This document shows positions 1-9,454 of a stretch of DNA of 64,000 nucleotides, piece by piece. Origin of the DNA: an uncultured virus (IMG/VR IMGVR_UViG_3300032272_000004). Lineage: Duplodnaviria > Heunggongvirae > Uroviricota > Caudoviricetes. Both the position numbers and the translations under genes were made by a program. The DNA lies in IMG/VR virus record IMGVR_UViG_3300032272_000004. One strand, written 5' to 3'. The notes under the pieces are model-generated. The model did not search any database, was not told the DNA's origin, and saw only the letters and a list, made by a program, of their open reading frames with translations. Each line of letters opens with the position of its first letter. Position 1 is the stretch's first letter.

Positions 1-165
1 CTGATCGAAATCGCCAACGATGGGCGCCTCGACGGCTTCTGTCGCTACTGGGCCTACCGGGCCCGCGACCAGCCCGCTCTGGCCAAGCACCCGCTGAAGC
101 TCGAGGACTGTCTGTTGGTCGGCTCCTATCTCCTGCGCTCGTGCCCGAGCCCTGGACGGTCGTGA
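1..165 (+). CDS. 3' end of hypothetical protein (partial)
   Basis: Frame 1 is open from base 1 to TGA at 163-165 (LIEIANDGRLDGFCRYWAYR...). Confidence 0.5.
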   Translation: MIEIANDGRLDGFCRYWAYRARDQPALAKHPLKLEDCLLVGSYLLRSCPSPGRS

Positions 166-596
166 CCAGTCCTTGGAGCGACGAGCAGATGTGGCAGTTT
201 CGCGTGGTCGTGGCGTGCGACTGCGCCGAGCGAGCCCTACGAGCACGGAATATTCGCGACGAGGCGCTCTGGCGGGCGCTCGTCACGTCTCGGGCGGTTC
301 TCCGGCAGGAGGAAACGCGATTCGCGGCCTGGGAGGCGTCGGTTCAGGTGAGCGCCCATTCTCGTGACGCGAGTGGTGCTCCGGGTCGAGCCGTGTTCCA
401 TGCCAGCCAAGCGGCGGCGCTCGGCCCCGGGAATATCGCGGCGGCTGCTTCCGACGAGGCCCTGAGATGGTCCCAAGTCGCCGAGAAATCCGCCACGCCA
501 GACATCAGCTACGTGCAGTCCGTCTACTGGATGAAGCTCCGTCAGTGTTCACCCAAACAATTCGCGCGCAGCGTGGCCTACAAGGGGCTACCCTAG
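141..596 (+). CDS. Hypothetical phage protein, Imm5-like (A-C-D-C-A-E-R-A-L helix)
   Basis: VVACDCAERAL followed by Ala-rich helices resembles the xxADCAER motif of Imm5-like proteins. Confidence 0.5.
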   Translation: MPEPWTVVTSPWSDEQMWQFRVVVACDCAERALRARNIRDEALWRALVTSRAVLRQEETRFAAWEASVQVSAHSRDASGAPGRAVFHASQAAALGPGNIAAAASDEALRWSQVAEKSATPDISYVQSVYWMKLRQCSPKQFARSVAYKGLP

Positions 597-614
597 CACT
601 GGGAGGGAAAAACC

Positions 615-1274
615 ATGTCTGAACGTATCGCCGCGAAGGTCCGAGACCTGCTGCGGCTCGCTGCCAACGCTGGCAGTGAGGCCGAAGCAGCGACCGCGAC
701 CGCGCGAGCTCAAGCACTCGTCGAGCGCTACCGGCTGGCTTCAGTCGAGGCAAACCTCGAGGAAACCGAAGCGATCATCAATCGGGGGGTCATCCCGCCG
801 GGCCGCACGAAGATCTGGGAGCGCGACCTGTTGGGCCTCGTCGCGCAGCTCAACGACTGCGAACTGATCTGGGTGCGCCAGACGAAAGTCATCTGCAACT
901 ACCGGGTGATCGGTCACCGGGGCGACGTCGACCTGGTGCAGGAGATCTTCGAGACGCTTCGTCTCAAGATCGGCGAGCTGGCCGAGCAGGAGTCGTTTAC
1001 CCTCAAGGATGAGCGAGCCTTCCGGCTCGGGGTCGTGCATCGGATCTGCGAGCGGATGAAGGTCGCCAAGCAGGTGGAGCGCGAGAGCGCGAGTTCTCGG
1101 GCGATCGTGCTGGTCAATCGCCGCGCCGAAAAGGTCCGCCGCACCAACCCCTACCGGCTGATCGAGGAGACCCACAAGACCGTGGTCGAGCCCACGGCCT
1201 ACGCCGAGGGGCAGCTCGCCGGTGACAAGATCGCGCTGCCTGAAAACCCACGCCAGAAAGAACTCAATGCCTGA
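615..1274 (+). CDS. DUF2786 domain protein
   Basis: N-terminal KVRDLLRLA...EAEAATATARAQAL and C-terminal AYAEGQLAGDKIAL; GGGAGGG RBS upstream. Confidence 0.8.
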   Translation: MSERIAAKVRDLLRLAANAGSEAEAATATARAQALVERYRLASVEANLEETEAIINRGVIPPGRTKIWERDLLGLVAQLNDCELIWVRQTKVICNYRVIGHRGDVDLVQEIFETLRLKIGELAEQESFTLKDERAFRLGVVHRICERMKVAKQVERESASSRAIVLVNRRAEKVRRTNPYRLIEETHKTVVEPTAYAEGQLAGDKIALPENPRQKELNA

Positions 1275-1770
1275 ACCAAAACGACGCCGCACCCGGATCC
1301 CCCTGTACCGCACTGTGCTGCGCCAAGATGGCGACGTGCTGGTGCAGCTCCCCGCTGGGCGCGTTCGGAAGAGCAAGGATCTGGCCATCGTGGCCCGGGC
1401 GGCCCTGCAGGGGCATTCCGTCGAGGAATGTGTGCTGGTGATCGCCCTCGACGGGGGCGACCCGGCAGCCGTGTGCGGGGTCGAGGAGATTGCCCGGGGG
1501 ACGCCCGGTGAGGTTTGCGTCAACCGGCCCGCGATCATTCGGGCCGCGCTGCTGATGGGCAGCGAGCGGTTCGTGCTCGTGCACACCCACCCGATGGGCG
1601 ACGACTGCCAGCCCTCGCGCTCCGACGAACGAGTCACGCACGAGGTCGCCGACATGGCGATCGAGCTAGACCTCACACTCATCGACCACGTGATCGTGGG
1701 TCCGAGGACACACTTCTCCTTCCGCGACAAGCAGGAGAAAGAGGGGTTCTGGACCGACGGGATGCTGTGA
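1267..1770 (+). CDS. RadC-like JAB/MPN domain protein (copy 1)
   Basis: E..., HTHPMGDDCQPSRSD (HxH-x7-S-x2-D) and LIDHVIVG motifs. Confidence 0.85.
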   Translation: MPEPKRRRTRIPLYRTVLRQDGDVLVQLPAGRVRKSKDLAIVARAALQGHSVEECVLVIALDGGDPAAVCGVEEIARGTPGEVCVNRPAIIRAALLMGSERFVLVHTHPMGDDCQPSRSDERVTHEVADMAIELDLTLIDHVIVGPRTHFSFRDKQEKEGFWTDGML

Positions 1771-1954
1771 GGCCCGCGAGGATTCGCCACGCGGTCTGGC
1801 CCACTCCAGTGCCGCCGGCGATGGGGAATTGGGGCCAGCGAGAGTGGGACAGGTTTGCGGCCGAGTTTCGGCCGCCCTGGTACACCGGGGGCGCCTACGA
1901 CCAGACCGCGTGGGACCACCAGGTGACGAAACGTCGAATCGAACGGAGACAATC

Positions 1955-2449
1955 ATGAAATACGTGAAATACTACTCATTCTTCTGTCTACTTCTCATTC
2001 TCGCGGCTTGCGGTGGCACCGAGGCCAGCTCCTCGGGCGTGTCGGCAGCGGGGACCGACGCTGGCGCTCCAGGGGGAGCTGGCGGCTCCGCCGGCGCGCT
2101 GGGTGCAGGCCGCGGCGGCGCCGCTTCTGGAGGCGCCGGAGGCCTCGCCAGTGGGGGGACAGCCGGTGGGACATCGGCCGGGGGCTCGGGGGGCCTCGGC
2201 GGCATGATTTCCGCTGGAGCAGGGGGACAGCAAGGGGGGACAGCCGGAGTGGCAACTGGGGGCGCCGGCGGAGCTGCAGGAGCTGCAGGAGCGGGAACGG
2301 GCGGCTCCGGAGGCTCTGCTGGGGAGTGCGGCTGCACACCCGTGGGCTGCGAGTTCCAGGGGTTTGACTGCTGTCGAGCGGATCTGGCGTGTCCCGTGTG
2401 CGGAGTCTTCGGAAGTGCCGGTGGTGGGCTCACCTGCGACCCCGCGTAG
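1955..2449 (+). CDS. Lipoprotein with Gly/Ala-rich linker and Cys-rich C-terminal domain
   Basis: Signal peptide with lipobox LAAC, long GGAG-type linker, Cys-rich tail; GGAG RBS. Confidence 0.75.
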   Translation: MKYVKYYSFFCLLLILAACGGTEASSSGVSAAGTDAGAPGGAGGSAGALGAGRGGAASGGAGGLASGGTAGGTSAGGSGGLGGMISAGAGGQQGGTAGVATGGAGGAAGAAGAGTGGSGGSAGECGCTPVGCEFQGFDCCRADLACPVCGVFGSAGGGLTCDPA

Positions 2450-2505
2450 GCAGGGTGCGGGGCGCTCGACACCCGCCGGGCGCCTGTAGTACAAACTACG
2501 AAGCC

Positions 2506-2691
2506 ATGGCGGCCAAAAAAAAACGGGCAGAACCCGCAGCCAAGAAACACAAGGTGGTGCAGTGTCGGATCGATCCCGGCCTGAAGGAGGAGTTCGACGC
2601 GCTGTCGACGTCCCTGCAGACGACTCCGAGCGCTCTGCTGCGGAAGCTCATCGAGGCGAGTGTCGCGGTCAAGCGGCGCGGCAAGGAGTGA
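2506..2691 (+). CDS. Ribbon-helix-helix DNA-binding protein
   Basis: VVQCRID strand plus two helices (EEFDAL, TPSALLRKLIE); 61 aa, basic. Confidence 0.7.
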   Translation: MAAKKKRAEPAAKKHKVVQCRIDPGLKEEFDALSTSLQTTPSALLRKLIEASVAVKRRGKE

Positions 2692-2697
2692 TTTCCC

Positions 2698-3009
2698 ATG
2701 TTTGAATTGATCGCGGTGACCCAGTGCTACGACAGTTGGCTCTTCGCGATGATTCGCAGCCACGATCGCGTCGTAGACGGCAAGACCGAACGGCATTGGA
2801 CTGGCCACAACCTCCAGGTCGACCAGGCCCGCGACGGCACGATCATCGTCTACGCGAGCGACGAGAAGGTCGACCCAGATCCGCAGCAAGAGAGTCCAGC
2901 GTTTGTCGCAGAATGGCTCACGGGGCTCGGCGGCGATTTTCGTATCGTGCTCGACCCCAAGCCAGCTGAGGAATGGCTTCCGAGAAGACGGCGTCGACGC
3001 TCAGCGTAG
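2698..3009 (+). CDS. Hypothetical protein
   Basis: AAGGAG RBS; 103 aa ORF. Confidence 0.6.
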   Translation: MFELIAVTQCYDSWLFAMIRSHDRVVDGKTERHWTGHNLQVDQARDGTIIVYASDEKVDPDPQQESPAFVAEWLTGLGGDFRIVLDPKPAEEWLPRRRRRRSA

Positions 3010-3675
3010 CCAGCGCAGCGTCTCGGGGTGGGTCCCGACGTAGTAGCCGCCACCCACGGCCAAAGCGCCGAGGAACAGCCAGGGGGCCCAGCTCTTGCCG
3101 ACGAGGCCTTCCTCGATGGCGGTGTTGTTCAAGAGGATCGCCAGCCGTGGGTAGCTGATGCCCTCGACTCCGTCGGTGAGCAGATTCCATTCGTTCCTGC
3201 CCGGGCTGCACAGTCGCCCGGAGTTGTACTTGGCCGTGATCGCGGGCAACTCGGGCCCGAGATCTTTGGCGAGCCGTGCGATCAGCTGAGCCCCGACGTC
3301 GGCATTGATCGCCGGGTCCAGGAGCTGCTCGCGTGAGACCCCAAACATGGCTCCGGTGCCAGGCATGATCTGCATGATGCCGATGGCGCCGGCGTGGCTG
3401 CCGATCGAGGCCTGGCGCTCGGGGTTGTCGCTCCAGGCGCCCGTCTCGACGACCTGGATTGCCAGCATCCAGGCCACAGGCACGTCGTGCGCAGCCGCTG
3501 CAGCGCTCAGGACGCCTTTCCAGCTGGCCCAGCTCTGTCGGAGCTGGGTGCGAAACGGACTGTCTGGGGCGAGCGCTGGGGTGCCCTCACCCTCGACTTC
3601 GATGGTGCCGTTCGAGCGCCGCTGCCAACGGAGCCCCCCACATGGATTCGTCCAGGTCACAGGGTAGTGTATCAT
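3001..3675 (-). CDS. SLT-family lytic transglycosylase with C-terminal membrane anchor
   Basis: VETG catalytic Glu, GAIGIMQIMPGT, LLDPAINADVGA, AKYNSG; hydrophobic tail WAPWLFLGALAVGGGYY. Confidence 0.85.
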   Translation of the reverse strand: MIHYPVTWTNPCGGLRWQRRSNGTIEVEGEGTPALAPDSPFRTQLRQSWASWKGVLSAAAAAHDVPVAWMLAIQVVETGAWSDNPERQASIGSHAGAIGIMQIMPGTGAMFGVSREQLLDPAINADVGAQLIARLAKDLGPELPAITAKYNSGRLCSPGRNEWNLLTDGVEGISYPRLAILLNNTAIEEGLVGKSWAPWLFLGALAVGGGYYVGTHPETLRWLR

Positions 3676-3681
3676 CGGATC

Positions 3682-4269
3682 GTGGACCGACGAGTGCGAT
3701 GGGTGGTGGGCGCTACCGTCATGGTGGCGGGAGCTGGCCTCGTGCTGGCTGGGCTCAGTTCGAGCAAATGGGCGAAGCCCGGGGGAAAGATCCTACTCAT
3801 CGGCGATTCGATGGCCGAGGGACTGGCGTCGCCCCTGAAGCAACTCGCCGCTGGCGACGGGGTGATCCTGCACGCGGTCTATCACCGAGGCACCCGGATC
3901 GACCAATGGGCCAGCGATCCGCTGCTCCCGGCGATTCTGGCGGAATTTCAGCCCGATCTGGTACTCGTCGTGCTCGGCACCAACGACGAGTACCTCCCGG
4001 CAAGCGCGGTGCCCAAGCAGCTCCAGGACGCCGAGGCTCTGATCGCCAAGATGGGAGCCCCGGTGGCATGGGTGGGCGTCCCCACGCTGCCAGCTCGGGG
4101 CTCGATTCCCGCCGGCGGCAGCAATGGAATCACTCCGGGGATTGAAGCTCTGGACGTCCCGGTGTTCCCGAGCTCAGCCCTGCAGATCCAGCGGGCCGCG
4201 GACCAGCTCCACCCGACTGCGGCGGGCGCCGTGGGGTGGGCCACCACGATCTGGGAGTGGCTCAGCTAA
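3682..4269 (+). CDS. SGNH/GDSL-family hydrolase with N-terminal TM helix
   Basis: IGDSM, LGTND and DQLHP blocks. Confidence 0.85.
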   Translation: MDRRVRWVVGATVMVAGAGLVLAGLSSSKWAKPGGKILLIGDSMAEGLASPLKQLAAGDGVILHAVYHRGTRIDQWASDPLLPAILAEFQPDLVLVVLGTNDEYLPASAVPKQLQDAEALIAKMGAPVAWVGVPTLPARGSIPAGGSNGITPGIEALDVPVFPSSALQIQRAADQLHPTAAGAVGWATTIWEWLS

Positions 4270-4286
4270 TTTGTGTGGGTGTCGGG

Positions 4287-4315
4287 TTGCCGTCACCGCG
4301 GACTCTCGGTACAGT
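4287..4315 (+). promoter_or_regulatory. Sigma70-type promoter, probably leaderless
   Basis: TTGCCG-17 nt-TACAGT, 6 nt before GTG at 4322. Confidence 0.6.
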
Positions 4316-4321
4316 CCCGCC

Positions 4322-4534
4322 GTGCCAGCAGCAAAAGAACGCCGCCCGATCTCGGCGCGGTTCTATCCCCATCAGCTCGAGAAGCTCAAGGCGATCACGG
4401 TAGCCCGCGCGGCGGAGGGCGGCGAACCGCTCTCCGTCAACGAGGTCATCGTCGCCCTGGTCGAAGAGGAATCCGATCGCATTCAGGCGAAATCCTCGAA
4501 GGCCTCCAAAAAGAGGAAACCCCCGCCGGGCTAG
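4322..4534 (+). CDS. Ribbon-helix-helix DNA-binding protein
   Basis: PISARF strand, helix, LSVNEVIVALVEE helix (Arc-like pattern). Confidence 0.6.
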   Translation: MPAAKERRPISARFYPHQLEKLKAITVARAAEGGEPLSVNEVIVALVEEESDRIQAKSSKASKKRKPPPG

Positions 4535-4597
4535 ATAGAGCCCGACGGGGGTTGCACGAATGAACACACACAAGGCCGAAGCCCAGCACATCGGATC

Positions 4598-5347
4598 CTA
4601 GCGGCTGAGCCGACGTCTGCCAAGGGCCCAGCCGGCCCAGAGGGCGGCGCCGCTCAGAATACCCACGCCTACCCACCACGCGGAGGCCCCAGACCACCGT
4701 GGGAGGAGATAGGCTCCGAGCAGGGGCGCCACGAGCTGGTGCTGTTCCCAGTGCGGCAGTTCGCTGTCGCCGCCGGCGTCCACGAACCGATACCACCAGG
4801 CCGCGGTACCGAGCCGGAAGACGCCCCCCGAAGGGTCTGGGAGCGCAGCTCGTGGGCTAGCGGGAAGAGACGGCTGCCCAGCCAGCTCTGCGGCGCGAGA
4901 CCACGTGGGGGCCCAGCTGGCGTCTCCACCGGTGTTCGCGGAGGTCGCGACGAGCAGAGCAGCTCCCCGCGCAGCTCGCGCCCCGTAGGCCGCGTAGCCC
5001 TCCTTGAGGCCTCCGAAAGCGGAGTCGATGCTGAACACCGCGTCGATGTCCGCTCGCGCCGTCGAGCTCCGGAGGAGCGCGTCGACGAATCCGAAGCCTG
5101 CGGAGTACGAAACGAACGCCACGCGGCCATCGATGCCGTGGCGGCGCCGCAGGGCGGCCACCGCCTGGTCGGCGCCCCCGAGACTGGCCAGGAGCGCGCC
5201 GTAGGCTGTACTGGTGCGCCAGTCCCCCCCAGCTCCCACGTAGCCGCGAGGGGGCTCGAGCCCGATGCGCTTGACCGTGTCGGGCCAATCCAGAGCGCGA
5301 AGTGATCGATCGTCCGCCGGCGTCTTCAGGAAGAAGATCGCATCCAT
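4598..5347 (-). CDS. Alpha/beta-hydrolase-like protein with C-terminal TM anchor
   Basis: VAFVSYSAG nucleophile-elbow-like motif, later Asp and His; hydrophobic tail then RRR; similar to 27082-27726. Confidence 0.55.
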   Translation of the reverse strand: MDAIFFLKTPADDRSLRALDWPDTVKRIGLEPPRGYVGAGGDWRTSTAYGALLASLGGADQAVAALRRRHGIDGRVAFVSYSAGFGFVDALLRSSTARADIDAVFSIDSAFGGLKEGYAAYGARAARGAALLVATSANTGGDASWAPTWSRAAELAGQPSLPASPRAALPDPSGGVFRLGTAAWWYRFVDAGGDSELPHWEQHQLVAPLLGAYLLPRWSGASAWWVGVGILSGAALWAGWALGRRRLSR

Positions 5348-7929
5348 CAGGTGGGCAGTTCGGAGAGATCCCCATGGGCCACCCACTTGAGAGCGCCGGC
5401 CGCCAATCCGTTGACCCGCACCCGAAGTGTGTTGCCGTTGGCATCGATCGTGATGTCTGCCGAGGTGAGTCCGACGATCGTCGCAGTGAGTGTCGTCAGC
5501 GTGACACTTCCGACCAGGTTAGCTGTAGCGGCACCATCAGTACGGATCGATCCCTCGGCCCGCACGTGCAACACGGCACCCGCAGAGTTCGTGGCGACGA
5601 CGCGGATATCGAACGCCCACACCCCGGCAATGGCAGGACGCATGGTCGCGACTTCAGCGGTACCGTCGAGAAAGAGCTCGACCAAACCGGCGGCGGCAGG
5701 AGTCGTTCCAAACCACTGCAAATCGAAGCGCTTCTGATCAACCGAGCTGAGTTGCCCCGTGCTGTGACACACCTCGCCGAAGTTGTCCGCGCGAGCGTTG
5801 ATTCCGGTGGCGACCTGCGCGTCCTTGCTCACGGTGCACGTATCGCCCCACGCCATATTGCTGGTGCCACCCGAGGTGGTGCAGCTGCCAAAGCGATTCA
5901 GGAGGGCGAGGTCGGCGTCGACCCGAATCAGCGCTTCGGTATCCATGTTGGTGATACTGAGCAACGGATCGAAGAAGTTGACCGTACCCTGCTGCACCGT
6001 CAGAGCCTGCTCCACTGTGCCGGTACCGGACACGCTGCCCGTGGCGGTACCCCCGGTGGCCATCAGGCGATTCGCGATCAGAGTGCCACTGGCACCTGCC
6101 GCGAGGGCAATACAAGACGCCGCGGACCCACCACCTGCCGCAAAAGCCGAATAGAAGGCTTCGATCTGCGAGGTCCCGCCAATATCAACCGATCCAGCGA
6201 TGTCCGAGCGGTTGATGGAAACGAAGCTCGCGTCGACCCGGATCGCAAAAAATGTGGCGGTCGAGGCGCGGATCTCGCACTCCTCGAAAGTGGCTCCATG
6301 AGTAGGACCACCGGTCATGTCCAGTCCGTGACTGGTTTCGGAATTCAGACTGCACCGGAAGAAAGACAGGTTGGACGAGGCGCCCGTGTTAGCACTCGCA
6401 AACGCAGTCCCGCCCGTGTTGTCGAAAATGCAATTGTGGAAGATCAGCGAGTAGCTGGTCGTGCCGGTCATGGTGCCGGCAGGTGTGGCTCCTCCCACCG
6501 AAAACGTGATGCCATCGAAGAAGCAGGCATCGCCATCCGCGAAGGCTGCACCTGTCGTAAAGGTGCCCACCACGCGCACCGGCGTGGCTGGGGTTTGCTC
6601 CTCGACCACGAGCGCGGAGACGAAGACTCCAGGGACTGCTGTAATATTTTCGGTGTAGCTGCCCGGGTACACCAGGATCTGCCGAGGGTCGAAGGTCGTA
6701 GCTCCGTTGCCTTGCGCGTCGTCGATCGCCGACTGGATGGTCGTATGGGTGACCCCGGGCTGAAACTGCTGACCCACGACGTACTGGAAGGATGCAGACT
6801 TGCCCAATGTCTCGACGGTCGCCATCGCCGGATCAACGATAGGCACGCGTTTCGGCACAGAGACATTCCCGAGCTCGAGCGTACCACTGCCAGCGATTGC
6901 GACCGTGCCGGGGGTCACTCCTTCAATGGCGAGATCCTCGACAGTGCAGGTGCCAGAGAAGGCGGGAATCGACATCGCCGAGGCGCCTGACGGCATCGTG
7001 ATGCGACATCCCTGGGTCAGCGAAGCGGTGCCACCGCTGACGGTGATGGTCACCTGGCCCTGAAAGCGGACGGTGCGGGCAAAAAGAAAACTCGACACCG
7101 TCATCCGCACACTGGTCGCATCGCCGGCGACCGAACTGCGCTTCAGGAGCAGCGCGAGCCCAGCAGAGGCCATGGTGATTCCGACCGCGCCACTGCCAGG
7201 GGTCAGTTCGCAATCAGACAGCAGCCATTGCCCCCCACCAGTCGAAGTGAGTTCGAGCGCAGGAAATCCGTCGAGGTTCGTGAAAACGCACCGTGTCATG
7301 CGCACCGTGGCGGAAGCGCTGCCCGTATTGGTGACAGCCGCCGCACCGCCAGCGACTGGCCCTTGAAACCAAATGCCGTGACAAACCACCAGGGCGCCAT
7401 CCGCGACCACATGATTGCCGACCACGATCACGTCCGGGTCGCCAGAGAGCGAGCTCAGGAGGATCCCATCCGGGATGACCAGGTCTTCGGTGTAGGTGTC
7501 ACCGTAGACCACGACATTACGGGGATCCAGAGCGGTAGCGCCGTCCGTGACGGCGTCGTCCATGGCAGCCTGAATACTGGTGTGCGTGATACCGGTGCGC
7601 CCCAACGGGCCAACGAGGTATTGGAGAGTGCCAGCTCCGCCACCGCCACCACCACCCACGGCCAAGATCTGAAACCGGCCCGGGTCGGCAAGAGCCACCG
7701 CAGTAGGCCGAATCCAATTCACGCCGTCGTCGACATCCGTCGATGCGGCACGCCAGACGTAGATGGCAGGCTCGGTCGCTGTGACCGGCGACACCTTCAC
7801 CACAACAGCGGCGCCGTCGAGCAGCGACGCAGGCTGCGGCCAGCTGCGTAGGTTTGCGGCCCCTCCAGTACCTACAGTGTCGACTGCGCCGACCAGCGCC
7901 AGATTGTGTTGTGTGGAATCGCCTGCCAT
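5347..7929 (-). CDS. Spike/receptor-binding-like protein with two beta-helix (pectin-lyase-like) modules
   Basis: Two copies of the capping motif (THTSIQAAMDD..VYGDTYTEDL / THTTIQSAIDD..VYPGSYTENI), each followed by G/T/S-rich strand repeats; N-terminus shared with 7944-9407. Confidence 0.7.
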   Translation of the reverse strand: MAGDSTQHNLALVGAVDTVGTGGAANLRSWPQPASLLDGAAVVVKVSPVTATEPAIYVWRAASTDVDDGVNWIRPTAVALADPGRFQILAVGGGGGGGAGTLQYLVGPLGRTGITHTSIQAAMDDAVTDGATALDPRNVVVYGDTYTEDLVIPDGILLSSLSGDPDVIVVGNHVVADGALVVCHGIWFQGPVAGGAAAVTNTGSASATVRMTRCVFTNLDGFPALELTSTGGGQWLLSDCELTPGSGAVGITMASAGLALLLKRSSVAGDATSVRMTVSSFLFARTVRFQGQVTITVSGGTASLTQGCRITMPSGASAMSIPAFSGTCTVEDLAIEGVTPGTVAIAGSGTLELGNVSVPKRVPIVDPAMATVETLGKSASFQYVVGQQFQPGVTHTTIQSAIDDAQGNGATTFDPRQILVYPGSYTENITAVPGVFVSALVVEEQTPATPVRVVGTFTTGAAFADGDACFFDGITFSVGGATPAGTMTGTTSYSLIFHNCIFDNTGGTAFASANTGASSNLSFFRCSLNSETSHGLDMTGGPTHGATFEECEIRASTATFFAIRVDASFVSINRSDIAGSVDIGGTSQIEAFYSAFAAGGGSAASCIALAAGASGTLIANRLMATGGTATGSVSGTGTVEQALTVQQGTVNFFDPLLSITNMDTEALIRVDADLALLNRFGSCTTSGGTSNMAWGDTCTVSKDAQVATGINARADNFGEVCHSTGQLSSVDQKRFDLQWFGTTPAAAGLVELFLDGTAEVATMRPAIAGVWAFDIRVVATNSAGAVLHVRAEGSIRTDGAATANLVGSVTLTTLTATIVGLTSADITIDANGNTLRVRVNGLAAGALKWVAHGDLSELPT

Positions 7930-7943
7930 TGAAAAAAACCTAT

Positions 7944-9407
7944 CTATGAAATGCCCAACGAGAGAGCATAGATGGTACCGGCCCTGTCGGCCGTACTATC
8001 GATCCGCCCAGCAACCGCTCGAATGCGAGCACCGGTACCAAGCGCCACGCCGTTCGCCTGGACGGTTACGTTTCCAGTCGCGAATGACCCATTGTTGAAC
8101 TGAGAGGACGACTGTGCACCCGTGAGATCGACCCAGGCACCCAAGCCCTCCGGGTCGATCTGCAGTTTCACTGCGCCGGAAATGGCACCGCCGCCCGCCG
8201 ACGCGCCGGCCAGCGTAGCAAGCACATCGACGACTGTCGGATCTAGACCGGTGTACTCGACGTACTCCTGGTCGGTGGGATCCAGGATAAACCGCTCGGG
8301 TGCCAGCGGGTCAGGAAGCACAGGTACCGCCAAGAGCGACGGAATGGTCGAGAAACCCGTGGTCGTTCCCGTAAATGTATAAGCGGAGCTGCCGAGGAAT
8401 GACGCATTGACGGTGTTGTTCGAGTTGGGCATCCCGATGTTGCTAAAAAATTGCCACTGGGGGTCGCGCTCGATGCCGCCCGTCGCTACCGTCGCCGGCG
8501 ACAAGACCGCAATGGCGTGCACCAACCCACGGCCTCCGGGATCCAAAAAGTTAGCCGACGCATTGATGAGACTACCTGCGTTGACGCGGCCGTCCGACCA
8601 GTCGAAGCTACCGGCGGCAAAGGCCGGATCAGCATTCACGTTGATCCCAGGTGACGCGAAGTCACAACCGGTGATGGTGACACTTCCGGTCGAGCCTACA
8701 GCGAGGTCGATGCCTCCCGCCGTCCCCTGAAAATTGGAGTGCTCAACAGTTAGAGCGGCCACACCACCAACGCGCACGCCGTAGCCAGCTCCATCGAAAA
8801 GCACGTGCTCGTAGACCACCACCTCGTCTCCAGAGCCGAGGGTCTCCGCCACGTCTCCGCTCAGGTTCGAGAGACGCAGTTTTTCGATGGTTCGATTGCC
8901 AGCTCCGGGCGTGTCTGCGATCAGAGGAGTAGCGGCATCTCCTACCAACGCGTCGACGTATTCCGAGCGACCCTGAAGGCACGAATTGACCGGCCGCAGA
9001 ATCGTCACACCTACCGGTAGGGTGATCACGCCTTGTAGTTCGTAGCAAGCTTCCTCGAGCGTGATGACGTTGGCCACTGGCGCCGGGAGATCCGAGACGG
9101 ACCGCACGATGATGGTGCTCGAGAAGCTCACCCCAGTCACCACGCCCAGAAACCGACCGGGATCTGCCGGGTCGACCGCGTCGGGCCGAATGGTCACGTC
9201 TCCGTCGTCGGGGACTGTGGAGTTCTCGGCCCAGCAGTAGATGACGCTCACATTCGGGTCCGCGGCGCTCTCTCGGACCACGACCAGGGCACGGTCTAGG
9301 AGGGTCGAGGGCTGGGGCCAGCCGCGGAGGCTCGATTCGGCGCCTGCAGCAACCGTCGCCACGACGAAATGCATCGACCCGTTGTACTGAGACAAATCAC
9401 CAGCCAC
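7944..9407 (-). CDS. Second spike-like beta-helix protein
   Basis: N-terminal ~85 aa homologous to the 860-aa neighbour (LRxWPQP..DDG..IRP.AV..ADPGRF); beta-strand repeats follow. Confidence 0.65.
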   Translation of the reverse strand: MAGDLSQYNGSMHFVVATVAAGAESSLRGWPQPSTLLDRALVVVRESAADPNVSVIYCWAENSTVPDDGDVTIRPDAVDPADPGRFLGVVTGVSFSSTIIVRSVSDLPAPVANVITLEEACYELQGVITLPVGVTILRPVNSCLQGRSEYVDALVGDAATPLIADTPGAGNRTIEKLRLSNLSGDVAETLGSGDEVVVYEHVLFDGAGYGVRVGGVAALTVEHSNFQGTAGGIDLAVGSTGSVTITGCDFASPGINVNADPAFAAGSFDWSDGRVNAGSLINASANFLDPGGRGLVHAIAVLSPATVATGGIERDPQWQFFSNIGMPNSNNTVNASFLGSSAYTFTGTTTGFSTIPSLLAVPVLPDPLAPERFILDPTDQEYVEYTGLDPTVVDVLATLAGASAGGGAISGAVKLQIDPEGLGAWVDLTGAQSSSQFNNGSFATGNVTVQANGVALGTGARIRAVAGRIDSTADRAGTIYALSLGIS

Positions 9408-9454
9408 CGAGCCAATCTATCAGTGAGCGCCCTGGAACGCTACGCTTGGAGCGA

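Noticed and set aside
2040..2320. GGC/GCC-rich repeats (also near 30000-30035)
   Set aside because: Explained by Gly/Ala linker coding.
5302..6990. 562-aa plus-strand ORF
   Set aside because: Antisense shadow of the 860-aa spike-like gene, as expected in GC-rich DNA.
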